Assembly: GCA_024330965.1 (NCBI GenBank)
Contig: JANDJL010000003.1
Span: 95,579-159,578 of the forward strand
From: Nitrospira sp.
GTDB lineage: Bacteria; Nitrospirota; Nitrospiria; Nitrospirales; Nitrospiraceae
DNA length: 64,000 nt
Direction: 5' to 3'
Below are positions 40,881 to 50,424 of the stretch, in pieces. Positions within the stretch are counted from its first letter, which is position 1, and each line of letters opens with the position of its first letter. Position numbers and translations under genes: made by a program. The notes beneath the pieces were generated by a model that worked only from the letters and a program-made list of their open reading frames with translations, searched no databases and was not told the DNA's origin.

Positions 40881-41867
40881 CTAGGTGCGGACTGACAACA
40901 TCCACGAAGTCTGCGCGAACGACTGATAGGCCAGGAAGATTGCGCTACCCGTCCGGACCGTGCCATCGGAAGGCTGTGTGCCTTGTCCATCGACCTGCCT
41001 GTGCAGTTCTTTTTGGAACTCCTCACGCACCCGATCGAGCAGGTTCGGCAGATGCCGCCTGAGCTTGTGTGGTTCGACGTTTGAATCCTTCAGCGCATCT
41101 AAGATCTGATCGACGACCTGATCGATCAACGACGCGGGTGACTTGTCCTGTGAAACGGGCGCCGCGGGACGCAGGTCCGTCGTATCGCCGGTTGCGACAG
41201 AATCAGCCGCAGGCTGGGTGGGCGCCAGGGTACCGGAAGGCGGAGGCGGGATCGCCGCAACCGCCGAAGGCGCAGCGCCTGGGATGGCCGCGCGAACAGC
41301 CGTCGCATTGGGCTCTTCCGTGGGCAACGTAGCCTGGCCGGTCGCCTCGGTGGCAATTTGCGCCGCAAGCATCGTAACGGATCGTTCCACCTCGACGCTG
41401 AGATCGAGGCTTGAGAGCGTCGAGAAGTTGCTGAACTGGTCTGCCAGCTTCGCCGTCTTGGCCACCGCAGCCTCGTCCTGCCCGTTGAAGAGTTTTCTGA
41501 AGATGTTCAGGACTTTCTTGAAGAGTTTCGACAGTTCGCGGGCTTCCTGCTCGCTGAGATCGCCTTCGACTGTCACGTCCAGCTTCCGCCGCGACGAGTA
41601 CTCGGTCTGCTGGCTGGCCACTTCCACGGACGTGCCGCCCTGCCAGGCTGCGCCGTGATACGTCACTGTCCGGAAGTCTTCCGCGAAATTGGTGCTCAAC
41701 GTCACTTTGTCCCCCTCGGCCGTCGTCACACTCACTCGGCCCGAGAGATCATTGGATACGGAAACACCGCTGATTCGTGTATCCAGCCGCTGGATCCCGG
41801 CGTTTCCCGTGGATGGAAGATGAAAAAACCGGGAGGGATCAACTTGGCTCACAGACTGGGCCGGCAT
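40881..41867 (-). CDS. hypothetical protein with central Pro/Ala-rich linker
   Basis: 328-aa ORF with no family recognised and no obvious signal peptide. Its central stretch is AAIPGAAPSAVAAIPPPPSGTLAPTQPAAD. It lies between the repeat copies. Confidence 0.55.
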   Translation of the reverse strand: MPAQSVSQVDPSRFFHLPSTGNAGIQRLDTRISGVSVSNDLSGRVSVTTAEGDKVTLSTNFAEDFRTVTYHGAAWQGGTSVEVASQQTEYSSRRKLDVTVEGDLSEQEARELSKLFKKVLNIFRKLFNGQDEAAVAKTAKLADQFSNFSTLSSLDLSVEVERSVTMLAAQIATEATGQATLPTEEPNATAVRAAIPGAAPSAVAAIPPPPSGTLAPTQPAADSVATGDTTDLRPAAPVSQDKSPASLIDQVVDQILDALKDSNVEPHKLRRHLPNLLDRVREEFQKELHRQVDGQGTQPSDGTVRTGSAIFLAYQSFAQTSWMLSVRT

Positions 41868-42040
41868 GGGGACCTCTTCGCACGCTGGGTTGTAGGAACC
41901 AGTTCCTAGTGGCCCCTATCGGCATAGAACCGGCTGAACTTGAGGAGGCTTATACTCTATAACATGGGCGGCGGTGTTTCTTTCTACCATATCCCGAACA
42001 GCCAAGAAGATTCTCTGAATAGGGGTACCCTTTACGTTGA

Positions 42041-42079
42041 TCGACCGTCGTGCGAGAAAAAAGGTACCGGGAGTCTTTT
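42041..42079. repeat. repeat copy B, part X
   Basis: tcgaccgtcgtgcgagaaaaaaggtaccgggagtctttt is similar to 40674-40718. Confidence 0.8.
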
Positions 42080-42175
42080 GGGCGGTTCTGTGCCGAGGGG
42101 TGGGGACATGCCGGTACAGGGGCATCGCGATCACCCGCGATCGCACGGGTGGTGTGAGGGACGGGCGGGGATACC

Positions 42176-42778
42176 TTACGATTTTGGCTGGGGCGGCATG
42201 TACGCAATCATCTCCACCGCCAGGTCCTTGGCGATGTCTTTGAGGTTCGGCCGGAAAAACATGTAGCTCTTCGATCGTTCATGCCGGGCCTTCCAGACCG
42301 TGGCGCCGTTGGTCGCATCGACGAGGCGGAGGCTCAAACCCACGCGGCCTACGTTGTCGCCTTCTTTGCGGACGTATTCCCAGGCATTGACCCGCACGAC
42401 AAGGAAAGCATCGACGTTGAGCGCCTTACCGAGCGCGATGGCCGACTCCTTGTCCGACTGGCCGGTCATCTCCAGGCGAGAAAAATAAAACACCAGGGAG
42501 TCGAAGGCGTCTTTCGAGCTTTGAAACACGTCCGTGACGCTTTCTGGCGAGACGACCCGTTCGATGTGGCCGGCCTTTCTCAAGGCGAAAGCCAGGACTT
42601 CTTGAATGTCCTCCCGCGCGCCGTCATATTGACTCGACATCGGGGGGAGAACGGCGATGCTTTGGGGCCTGAAGATTTTGGCTCCGGGGCCTTCCCACAT
42701 TTCTTGAAGACCTCCGCAGCCGGCTGAGAGAAGCAAGATGGCACAGATGGTAAAGAGTCTTGCTGTGTTCGTTCTCAT
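42176..42778 (-). CDS. lipoprotein (LpoB/DUF799-like alpha/beta lipoprotein)
   Basis: 200-aa ORF with lipobox LLLSAGCGG. Contains IAVLPP...LGKALNVDAFLVVRVNAW. The fold and family assignment is tentative. Confidence 0.65.
   Translation of the reverse strand: MRTNTARLFTICAILLLSAGCGGLQEMWEGPGAKIFRPQSIAVLPPMSSQYDGAREDIQEVLAFALRKAGHIERVVSPESVTDVFQSSKDAFDSLVFYFSRLEMTGQSDKESAIALGKALNVDAFLVVRVNAWEYVRKEGDNVGRVGLSLRLVDATNGATVWKARHERSKSYMFFRPNLKDIAKDLAVEMIAYMPPQPKS
42220..42277. repeat. repeat copy B, part Y (inside the 3' end of the lipoprotein gene)
   Basis: On the minus strand it encodes ERSKSYMFFRPNLKDIAKDLA. Copy A encodes DRSKSDMFFRPNLKDIVKDLA. Confidence 0.85.
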
Positions 42779-42805
42779 GGGTGCGTGTCAGTATATCATG
42801 TCAGG

Positions 42806-43969
42806 TCAAAACGTGGCGGAGATCGAGGCGGACACAAGCGCCCCTTGTTCGCGGAAGTCATAGCCCCCCGCTGCGTCGGCGCGCAAGAAGAAGATGCGGA
42901 TGCCCAATCCAGCCGTCGGGATGAACGGTGTGTTTGCGTCTTCCAAATTCTTGAAGGTCCCGATCCGTAACGAGAGAAATTCGGTCAGAAAGGTCTGCTC
43001 CGCGCCCAGACTCAAGATCCGGCTCTTGACGCCGGGCAATAGCGTCTTGTTAGCGGTGAGATCGATGTCTGCTGTCAAGGTCAACGTGGACCAGGGGTTC
43101 AGTGCCATGCCGCCGCGGACCTGCGGGTCCAGTTTTATTTTGCCTCCACCCGCGTCGTCGAAAGTGGGAGAGTTGATGTCCTTCGCGACAATGCCGAATC
43201 GAATCCAGGAGGACGGTTTGTATAATGCGCCTAGATCGATGCCGTAGGTCGTTGAGATCGTCGGCTTGCCGAAACGATTGCTGATGGTGACACCGTCACC
43301 CCCTCGAAGATCAACGAAACCTGCATAGGAGGCGCCTTGGATGACTTTCGCCGTGACGCCGACGGCGAAGGTCTTGTCCGAAAAGGCATAGCCGTAAGAA
43401 AACGCCAGTTGCCTCGCTTCAAGGCCGCGCAGGGCCAGGCGGCCTCTCAAGGTCACCGGATCGACGGGTTGACTGATGTAACCACCGCCGGTGGCGACGT
43501 CGGACACATTGACGCCGATGGCGTGTCGTCCCACATGGCCCTTGAGGTAGAAGCCGGCCGAGCCGGCGATCGACAGGGTCGAGCCTGGTTGATTAAGCCG
43601 CTCGGCGATGTCGCGCGCCTTGGCCGCTGCGGCTGGGTCCGTGGAGGAGAAATCCTCCAAATCGCGGATGGCGTCGCCGAATCCCTTGCGATCGATGGCG
43701 AGTCCGAAGCCTTGTGCGCGAATATCGACGGTCTGCGTCATGGCCAAGCCGGCCGGGTTCCAATAGCCGGCGAGGGCGTCCGTCGTCACCGCCACGCCGG
43801 TGCCGCCCATACCGGTCGCCCGCGGCCCGACAAAGACGAATTCTGCCGCCCAGGTTTCCGCCGCCGGTCTCGGCACCGATATGGAAAGCAACAGGGCTGC
43901 GAGGGATCCGATGATGGCCCGCCCGATTGATCCGCTTGATCTCATCTGGCTGACGATCTGCCCTGTCAT
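42806..43969 (-). CDS. outer-membrane beta-barrel protein (TraF_2/PorV/FadL-like)
   Basis: 387-aa ORF with a signal peptide. Contains GPRATGMGGTGVAVTTDALAGYWNPAGLA, typical of this barrel family, alternating beta-strand periodicity and a terminal Phe (SISATF). Confidence 0.7.
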   Translation of the reverse strand: MTGQIVSQMRSSGSIGRAIIGSLAALLLSISVPRPAAETWAAEFVFVGPRATGMGGTGVAVTTDALAGYWNPAGLAMTQTVDIRAQGFGLAIDRKGFGDAIRDLEDFSSTDPAAAAKARDIAERLNQPGSTLSIAGSAGFYLKGHVGRHAIGVNVSDVATGGGYISQPVDPVTLRGRLALRGLEARQLAFSYGYAFSDKTFAVGVTAKVIQGASYAGFVDLRGGDGVTISNRFGKPTISTTYGIDLGALYKPSSWIRFGIVAKDINSPTFDDAGGGKIKLDPQVRGGMALNPWSTLTLTADIDLTANKTLLPGVKSRILSLGAEQTFLTEFLSLRIGTFKNLEDANTPFIPTAGLGIRIFFLRADAAGGYDFREQGALVSASISATF

Positions 43970-43983
43970 GGTCGCTCCGAATG

Positions 43984-44646
43984 TCAGACGATCATCCCGT
44001 CCTGCATGTGAATGATGCGGTCGGCCTGAGCCGAGAGTTTGTCGTTGTGGGTCACGATGACGAACGTGGTGCCTCCGGCTTTGTTCAGGTCTCGCATCAG
44101 GTGAAACAAGGCATCACCTGTATGGGAGTCGAGGTTGCCGGTCGGTTCGTCGGCCAAGACCAGATCCGGTTTCTGCATCAACGCCCGCGCGATGGCGACA
44201 CGTTGCTGCTCACCGCCGGAGAGTTCCCCTGGTTTGTGGTGCAGCCGATGGCCTAACCCCACCGTCTCGAGCAGCGCCTTGGCTTCGGCTTTGACGGAGG
44301 CGGCGTCGCGCCGTTGGACGAGGGCTGGCATGCAGGCGTTTTCCAGAGCGGTGAATTCCGGCAAGAGGTGATGAAATTGAAACACGAAGCCGATCCGCTT
44401 GTTGCGAAAGTCGGCCTGTTCGGTCTCGGTCATTTGAAACAGATCGCGACCGTCGAATGTGACGGTGCCGCGGCTCGGTTTGTCGAGCGTGCCGATGATG
44501 TGGAGCAACGTGCTCTTGCCGGCTCCCGATGCGCCGACGATTGCGATCAACTCGCCGCGTTGGATTTCCAGATTGATTCCTTTGAGCACCGACACTTCGT
44601 AGGTTCCCATGGAGAACGATTTGTAAAGATCGATGACCTTGATCAT
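43984..44646 (-). CDS. lolD: lipoprotein-releasing ABC transporter ATP-binding protein
   Basis: From [11 protein letters not shown]: Walker [10 protein letters not shown], signature [15 protein letters not shown] and Walker [17 protein letters not shown] overlap with the permease gene. Confidence 0.9.
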   Translation of the reverse strand: MIKVIDLYKSFSMGTYEVSVLKGINLEIQRGELIAIVGASGAGKSTLLHIIGTLDKPSRGTVTFDGRDLFQMTETEQADFRNKRIGFVFQFHHLLPEFTALENACMPALVQRRDAASVKAEAKALLETVGLGHRLHHKPGELSGGEQQRVAIARALMQKPDLVLADEPTGNLDSHTGDALFHLMRDLNKAGGTTFVIVTHNDKLSAQADRIIHMQDGMIV

Positions 44647-45920
44647 TCGTACCGCAAAGCCGAGACTGGCTCGAGCTTGGCCGCCTGGTTGGCCGGATGA
44701 ACCGTCGCGGCGAAGCTGATGAGGAGGGCTGACCCCGCGACGAGCAACACGTCCTCGGCCAGCACGTGCACGGGAATTGTCGAAATGTAATACACGGTCG
44801 GATCGAACGTCCAAAACGTTTGGATCAACCACAAAAAAGTATAACCCAGCGGGATGCCGATGGTCGTGCCGGCCAGTCCGATGATCAGGCCATTCAACAT
44901 GAAAATGCGTCTGATGCTGTGCCTGGTCGCGCCCATCGCCTTAAGGATTGCAATCTCTTTCTGCTTTTCCGTGACGATCATGGTCAGCGTGCTGACGATG
45001 TTGAAGGAGGCCACGATCGTAATCAGCACCAGCAACAAAAACATCATCGTCTTTTCCAGTTTCAAGGCCGAGAAGAGATTGCGGTTCATCTGCATCCAAT
45101 CCCGCGCGCCGTGGCTGAACCCCAGCTCTCGCTCGATGGCGCGGGCGATTTCATCGGCGCGGAAGACGTCCGCTACCTTGACTTCGATGCCGGAGACGGT
45201 GTCGCCCATATTGAAGAACTTTTGCGCCTCGCCCAGCTCGATGTACGCGAGCGAGGAGTCGTACTCGTACATGCCGGACTGAAACAGTCCCACGACCGCG
45301 AACGTGCGGATCTTGGGCACCATCCCCATGGCGCTGACTGGGCCGACCGGCGATACGACGTTCAAGGTATCTCCGGGAAAGACGCCGAGTCGCATCGCGA
45401 GTTCCTTGCCGAGGATGATACCGGGCCGCTCGGCCACGACCGGCTCGCCAAGCGGGTCGCCGGGCGGCGGTTGCCGGATTTTGACCGGCGCGAGCAGGTC
45501 GGTCAGTTGTCCGACCGACATATTGTTAGCCAATTCGGTGACGCGCGCTTCGCGCCTTGGATCGATCCCCCTCAGAACGATGCCTTGCACGGCTGATTGC
45601 GAGGTGAGCAGGACCTGACGGAGCACGAACGGCGTCGCCGCGACGACCTCCGGCACCGACTCGATGCGTTCGACGAGGGGATCGTACTCGCTCAAGTTGT
45701 CCTTCATGCGTTCCTGCACGATGACGTGGGCCGTGGTGCCTAAGATCTTGGCCTGGATGTCTTCTTTGAATCCCGTCATGATGCCGACAGTACCGATCAG
45801 CGCCGCCACGCCCAACGTGATGCCCGCGATGGAGACGAAGGTGTTCAGTGAAATCGTCCGATTGCGCCGTTTGGCGCGCAGGTAGCGCAGGCCGATGACG
45901 ATTTCGTAGGGCAGGCTCAC
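44643..45920 (-). CDS. lolE: LolC/LolE-family lipoprotein-releasing permease (single copy)
   Basis: 425-aa ORF with a MacB-like periplasmic domain between TM1 and TM2 and a C-terminal FtsX domain. Starts MSLPYEIVIGLRYLRAKRRN. Confidence 0.88.
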   Translation of the reverse strand: MSLPYEIVIGLRYLRAKRRNRTISLNTFVSIAGITLGVAALIGTVGIMTGFKEDIQAKILGTTAHVIVQERMKDNLSEYDPLVERIESVPEVVAATPFVLRQVLLTSQSAVQGIVLRGIDPRREARVTELANNMSVGQLTDLLAPVKIRQPPPGDPLGEPVVAERPGIILGKELAMRLGVFPGDTLNVVSPVGPVSAMGMVPKIRTFAVVGLFQSGMYEYDSSLAYIELGEAQKFFNMGDTVSGIEVKVADVFRADEIARAIERELGFSHGARDWMQMNRNLFSALKLEKTMMFLLLVLITIVASFNIVSTLTMIVTEKQKEIAILKAMGATRHSIRRIFMLNGLIIGLAGTTIGIPLGYTFLWLIQTFWTFDPTVYYISTIPVHVLAEDVLLVAGSALLISFAATVHPANQAAKLEPVSALRYE

Positions 45921-47404
45921 GACGGCTTCTCCGGCCTCAGTTGAGGAAACAGCACGACGTCTCGAATGGAAGGCTGGTCGGTAAAGAGCATGATGAGGCG
46001 ATCGATGCCGATGCCTTCTCCGGCGGTCGGCGGCATGCCAAACTCCAAAGCCCGGAGAAAGTCTTCATCGACGAGGTGGGCTTCTTCGTCGCCGGCGCGG
46101 CGTTGCGCGGCCTGCTGCTCGAACCGCTCCCGCTGATCCAGAGGATCGTTCAGCTCGGAAAACGCGTTGGCGATTTCACGCCCGGCGATGTAAAGCTCGA
46201 ATCGGTCGGTGAGGGATGGATCGGTGTCCTTGCGCCGAGCCAGGGGAGAAATCTCGATCGGATAATCGGTGATGAACGTGGGTTGTTGCAGATTCGGCTC
46301 GACGGTCTCTTCAAAGATGTCATTGACGATTTTGAACAACGGGGCCTCAGAATCGACCGGCACCTTGAGCCGCCGGGCCAGGGCCAGCATTTCATCCCGC
46401 TGCCGGAGGACGGATGGATCAAGGCCGTTCACTTCGCACAGGGCTTGATGGTATGACCATCGCCTCCAAGGAGGCGTCAAGTCGATGGCTGTGCCTTGAT
46501 AGGCGATGACGGTCGTGCCAAGGATCTGTCGGGCGATGGAGGAAAGCATCTCTTCGGTCAGCACGATCAGGTCCTGATAATCCGCGTAGGCGACGTAAAA
46601 CTCCAACATGGTGAATTCGGGGTTGTGAATCGTGGAGATTCCTTCGTTACGGAAGTTGCGGTTGATCTCGAAGACGCGAGGGAATCCCCCGACGATCAGA
46701 CGCTTCAAGTACAGCTCCGGCGCAATCCGTAAATAGAGATCGATGCCGAGGGCGTTGTGATGTGTGACGAACGGTTTGGCCGCCGCGCCTCCCGGAATCG
46801 GATGCATCATCGGGGTTTCGACCTCGAGAAATCCTCGTTCGGTGAGAAACGAGCGAATGGCGGCGATCAAGCGGCTCCTGGTCACGAAAACCTGGTGGAT
46901 GTGGGGATTGGCGATCAGATCCACATACCGCTGGCGGTAACGGATTTCCACGTCCGTCAAACCGTGCCATTTTTCGGGAAGCGGGCGAAGCGCCTTGCTG
47001 AGAAACGCCAATTGGTGGACTTCGACCGTAAACTCGTTGGTCTTTGTACGAAACAATACCCCGGAGATGCCGATCCAATCTCCCAAGTCGAGTTGTTCGG
47101 TGATCAGGGAGGCTTGCTCCGTGAGCAGGTCTTTTTTGAGGTAGATTTGAATGCGGTCGGCTCCATCCTGCAGCACGGCGAACCCGGCCTTGCCAAATCG
47201 ACGGAGGGCTACGATTCGCCCCGCGATCGTACAGGAGATCCGTTCTTGTTCGAGAACCTCCTTGGACTTTTCGCCATGTAATTTGATGAGTTGGCCGGCC
47301 CGGTCTTTGACCTCGAAACGGCCGCCGTAGGGCGAGACTCCGACCCGGCGGAGGTGTTCGAGTTTTTTGATTCGTTGCTGCCGTTGTTCGTGTAACTCGT
47401 CCAT
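45917..47404 (-). CDS. lysS: lysine--tRNA ligase (class II)
   Basis: 495-aa ORF with an OB anticodon-binding domain and class II motifs (FRNEGIS, GIGIDRLIM). Confidence 0.97.
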   Translation of the reverse strand: MDELHEQRQQRIKKLEHLRRVGVSPYGGRFEVKDRAGQLIKLHGEKSKEVLEQERISCTIAGRIVALRRFGKAGFAVLQDGADRIQIYLKKDLLTEQASLITEQLDLGDWIGISGVLFRTKTNEFTVEVHQLAFLSKALRPLPEKWHGLTDVEIRYRQRYVDLIANPHIHQVFVTRSRLIAAIRSFLTERGFLEVETPMMHPIPGGAAAKPFVTHHNALGIDLYLRIAPELYLKRLIVGGFPRVFEINRNFRNEGISTIHNPEFTMLEFYVAYADYQDLIVLTEEMLSSIARQILGTTVIAYQGTAIDLTPPWRRWSYHQALCEVNGLDPSVLRQRDEMLALARRLKVPVDSEAPLFKIVNDIFEETVEPNLQQPTFITDYPIEISPLARRKDTDPSLTDRFELYIAGREIANAFSELNDPLDQRERFEQQAAQRRAGDEEAHLVDEDFLRALEFGMPPTAGEGIGIDRLIMLFTDQPSIRDVVLFPQLRPEKPS

Positions 47405-47505
47405 CGTTGTGTACGATCTTCCTGCTCGGTTTCTCTGGAGTCCCGATGCGCCGTTTCCGCTCCGCCGGGATGACCGATGGGATCAATGCCGCGGCGATTG
47501 GTGAT

Positions 47506-48655
47506 TTATGGGTTGTCGTCCGATTTGCCGACGATGGGCACCGGCTCGCTTCCTTTTGCAAGTCGCTTCTTCAAATACGCTTCAATGAAGCCGTCGAGAT
47601 CGCCGTCCATGACGGAAGACACGTCGCCGGTTTCGTGGCCGGTCCGATGGTCCTTGACCATCTGGTAGGGCTGGAACACGTACGAGCGGATCTGGCTGCC
47701 CCATGCGATGTCTTTCTTTTCGCCGACGATCGCGTTGAATTCCGCTTCTTTTTTCTGGCGCTCCAACTCGAACAAACGGGCCTTCAAAATCCTCATGGCG
47801 CCCTGTCTGTTCTGGAGCTGGGACCGTTCATTCTGGCATTGCACCACGATGCCGGTCGGCAGGTGCGTGATGCGGATCGCCGTCTCGACCTTGTTGACGT
47901 TTTGCCCTCCGGCGCCTCCTGAGCGAAAGGTGTCGATTCGCAAATCCTTTTCCTCAATCGCGATCTCGATGTCCTCGCTGAGTTCCGGGTAGACGAACAC
48001 CGAGGCGAACGACGTGTGGCGGCGTTTGTTGGCGTCGAAGGGGGAGATACGAACCAGGCGATGCACACCGGCCTCCGCCTTCAAATAGCCGTAGGCATAA
48101 GGACCGATGATCGAAAGGGTCGCGCTTTTGATGCCGGCTTCCTCGCCAGGTAAAAGATCCAACGTCTCCACCTTGAACCGTTTGGCTTCCGCCCACCGCA
48201 CGTACATGCGCAGCAGCATTTGGGCCCAATCCTGCGATTCCGTGCCTCCCGCCCCTGGATGAATCTCCAACAGGGCGTTGTTGGGGTCAAGCTCGCCGGA
48301 CAGCAGCATCTCCAGCCGCAGCGTCGCCACGCGAGACTCTAACCGATTGAGTTCTGCGAGCAGTTCCTGCTCCAAACTCGCATCCCCGCTTTCCGTTGCT
48401 AATTCCAGCAGGGCGTTGACGTCTCCCAGCTTGGTCTCGATGTCGTGCCAGGTATGGAGTTCTTGCTCGATCATGGCCTTCTTCCGGCTGGCGGCGGCTG
48501 CGCCGCGGGCGTCGCTCCAGAAGGTCGGCTGGCTCATCCTGGCTTCCAGCTCGTGCAAGTCGGCGGTCATGCGAGCGAGGTCAAAGATGCCCCCGTAATT
48601 CGGAGATTTGCTCTCCGATGGCGCGGACTCGTGTTCGAACCTCATCGAATAGCAT
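47506..48655 (-). CDS. prfB: peptide chain release factor 2, expressed via programmed +1 frameshift
   Basis: ORF0 (48655-48584) encodes [24 protein letters not shown] and ends in an in-frame TGA (48583-48581). The +1 frame from GAC (48582) continues [13 protein letters not shown]... to 47506. Contains the SPF and GGQ motifs ([14 protein letters not shown]). Confidence 0.95.
48580..48595 (-). promoter_or_regulatory. RF2 autoregulatory +1 frameshift site CGG GGG CAT CTT TGA C
   Basis: An internal SD-like GGGGG lies 3 nt before the slippery CTT followed by TGA C. This is nearly identical to the E. coli prfB site AGG GGG TAT CTT TGA C. Confidence 0.9.
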
Positions 48656-48679
48656 AAAATGATCCTTCCCTGTTCTCTG

Positions 48680-50302
48680 TTATGCCGGCTCGATGACGGA
48701 GGTCGTTGGGGCGGGTTCCTCTGTCCGGAAGAAGCCGTACAGCCACAAAATTGCGCAGATTATAACACAGCCGTAGGCAAAGACATCCCCGTAATAACTG
48801 TAAAACGTTCTTGATTGGCTGATGGGAATGGTCGCCCGCAACGCCTGCTCTGTGAAGAGAGGAGTGTGATCCAGGATGCGGCCGAATGGGTCGATGAAGC
48901 CGGAGATCCCCGTATTGGCGGAACGGGCAAAAGCCAGGCGATTTTCAATTGAGCGAAAGACGACCATGGAAAAATGTTGCGCGGGTGCCGATGACGGTCC
49001 GAACCACCCGTCATTGGTGATGTTAACCAGGAACTCGGCTCCCTTGACCGAGAATTGTCTCACCAAGTCCGGAAAGATGACCTCGTAACAAATCACGGTT
49101 CCGAATTTAACCGGTCGCGGGCTCGACGGCGCGCCGGCGGTCAGGGACTTGGGGCTGAATGAGAAGAGGGTTGCACCCGGCCCCGGTTCAAAGTCTCCGA
49201 TGCCTTCAACGAGCTTGTCGAGAAAAAACAAGACGGAGGATTTCAGCGGAATGTATTCTCCGAAGGGGACCAAATGGTGTTTGTCATAACGTCCCAAGAC
49301 AGCGCCGTCCGAGCCCAACAGATAGGCACTGTTCAAGAGATAGGGTCTGCGATCGGGATAAAACCGCAAGGCCGGACTGCCGAGAAGAATCGGTGCTTGA
49401 GCCCGAGATGCCCATTCGATGACCTGCACCTGGTAATCCGGTTCCCGCTCCAGAATGAACGGCGTGGCCGCTTCCGGCCAGACGATCAGGTCGGTGCCTG
49501 TTCCTAAGCGGGCGGTGAGCCGGTCGAACCGCCGCATTGTTTCTTCGCGATAATCGGCGTCCCATTTGACCGCTTGATCGATGTTGGGTTGCACCACTCC
49601 GACGGTGATGGAGAGGGACGATTCCTTGGGCTGCTCCCTCGTTAGCATAGAGGTGGAATAGAGCCACGACGCAACCAGACAGGCCGCTGCGATCGAGAGC
49701 AATTCCCACGGCAACTTGGCCGGGTGAAATCCGCGGAAAAACGGCATCAGCCAGAGGGTCAGCTCGGCCACGGCGACGTTGACCAAGACGATCAAAAAAG
49801 ACACTCCATAGACCCCGGTGCGATCCGCGATTTGGATGAGGTCGAGCATTTGATATTGCGAATAGCCCAACAGACACCAGGGGAGTCCCGAGAGGGCGTA
49901 GGTGCGGAGCAGTTCCAGTGTGACCCAGAAGCAAGGAGCGAAGATGATTCCGTATCGAGGAATCAGCTCTCGGAGCCACACTACGGAAAAGCTGTACAGC
50001 GCGACGTACAATCCAAGATAGGCCGTCAGCAACAGGAGAATGGCATAGCTGATGAGCAACGGTACCTTGCCGTAGATGGTCATGGCCGTGACGACCCATG
50101 CCATGATGCCGGTGAAGCCGATGGCACCGCCGAGCCATCCGACCCAAAACGCCCGTTGTCGCGAACATTGATCGAGGGCGATGTGCAGGGGGACGAGGGC
50201 GATCCACGCCAGGAGCCCGAGGTCGAATTTGGGAAAGCACAGCGGCAACAACACGCCGCTCGCGCAGGCGAGGAAGATCTGGCGCGAACGAGCCTGGTTC
50301 AT
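48680..50302 (-). CDS. lnt: apolipoprotein N-acyltransferase
   Basis: 540-aa ORF with an N-terminal polytopic membrane domain and a CN-hydrolase domain (VVQPNI...WPE...VICYE). Confidence 0.93.
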   Translation of the reverse strand: MNQARSRQIFLACASGVLLPLCFPKFDLGLLAWIALVPLHIALDQCSRQRAFWVGWLGGAIGFTGIMAWVVTAMTIYGKVPLLISYAILLLLTAYLGLYVALYSFSVVWLRELIPRYGIIFAPCFWVTLELLRTYALSGLPWCLLGYSQYQMLDLIQIADRTGVYGVSFLIVLVNVAVAELTLWLMPFFRGFHPAKLPWELLSIAAACLVASWLYSTSMLTREQPKESSLSITVGVVQPNIDQAVKWDADYREETMRRFDRLTARLGTGTDLIVWPEAATPFILEREPDYQVQVIEWASRAQAPILLGSPALRFYPDRRPYLLNSAYLLGSDGAVLGRYDKHHLVPFGEYIPLKSSVLFFLDKLVEGIGDFEPGPGATLFSFSPKSLTAGAPSSPRPVKFGTVICYEVIFPDLVRQFSVKGAEFLVNITNDGWFGPSSAPAQHFSMVVFRSIENRLAFARSANTGISGFIDPFGRILDHTPLFTEQALRATIPISQSRTFYSYYGDVFAYGCVIICAILWLYGFFRTEEPAPTTSVIEPA

Positions 50303-50424
50303 TTGAATGGTACGATAACGAAAGCCCCTGTCACTTGCAAGGGAACCGCACGAGAGGCAAAAGAATTTTCCGTGAGTTTTTCCGGCCTCCGCGGTACGGT
50401 ACCCGTGCGGATACGGTGCTTGTG

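Noticed and set aside
40550-41062. A 170-aa plus-strand ORF, plus 41940-42266 and 42037-42243.
   Set aside because: Their similarity to each other is a by-product of the DNA repeats read in a non-native frame. They are Arg-rich, lack SDs, and overlap the better minus-strand ORF or the gene fragment.
40550-42280. An IS element, integron cassette or prophage remnant responsible for the repeats.
   Set aside because: No transposase, integrase or recombinase ORF is present. There are no terminal inverted repeats and no tRNA attachment site. Only direct, permuted repeats are seen, so this is reported as a rearrangement scar instead.
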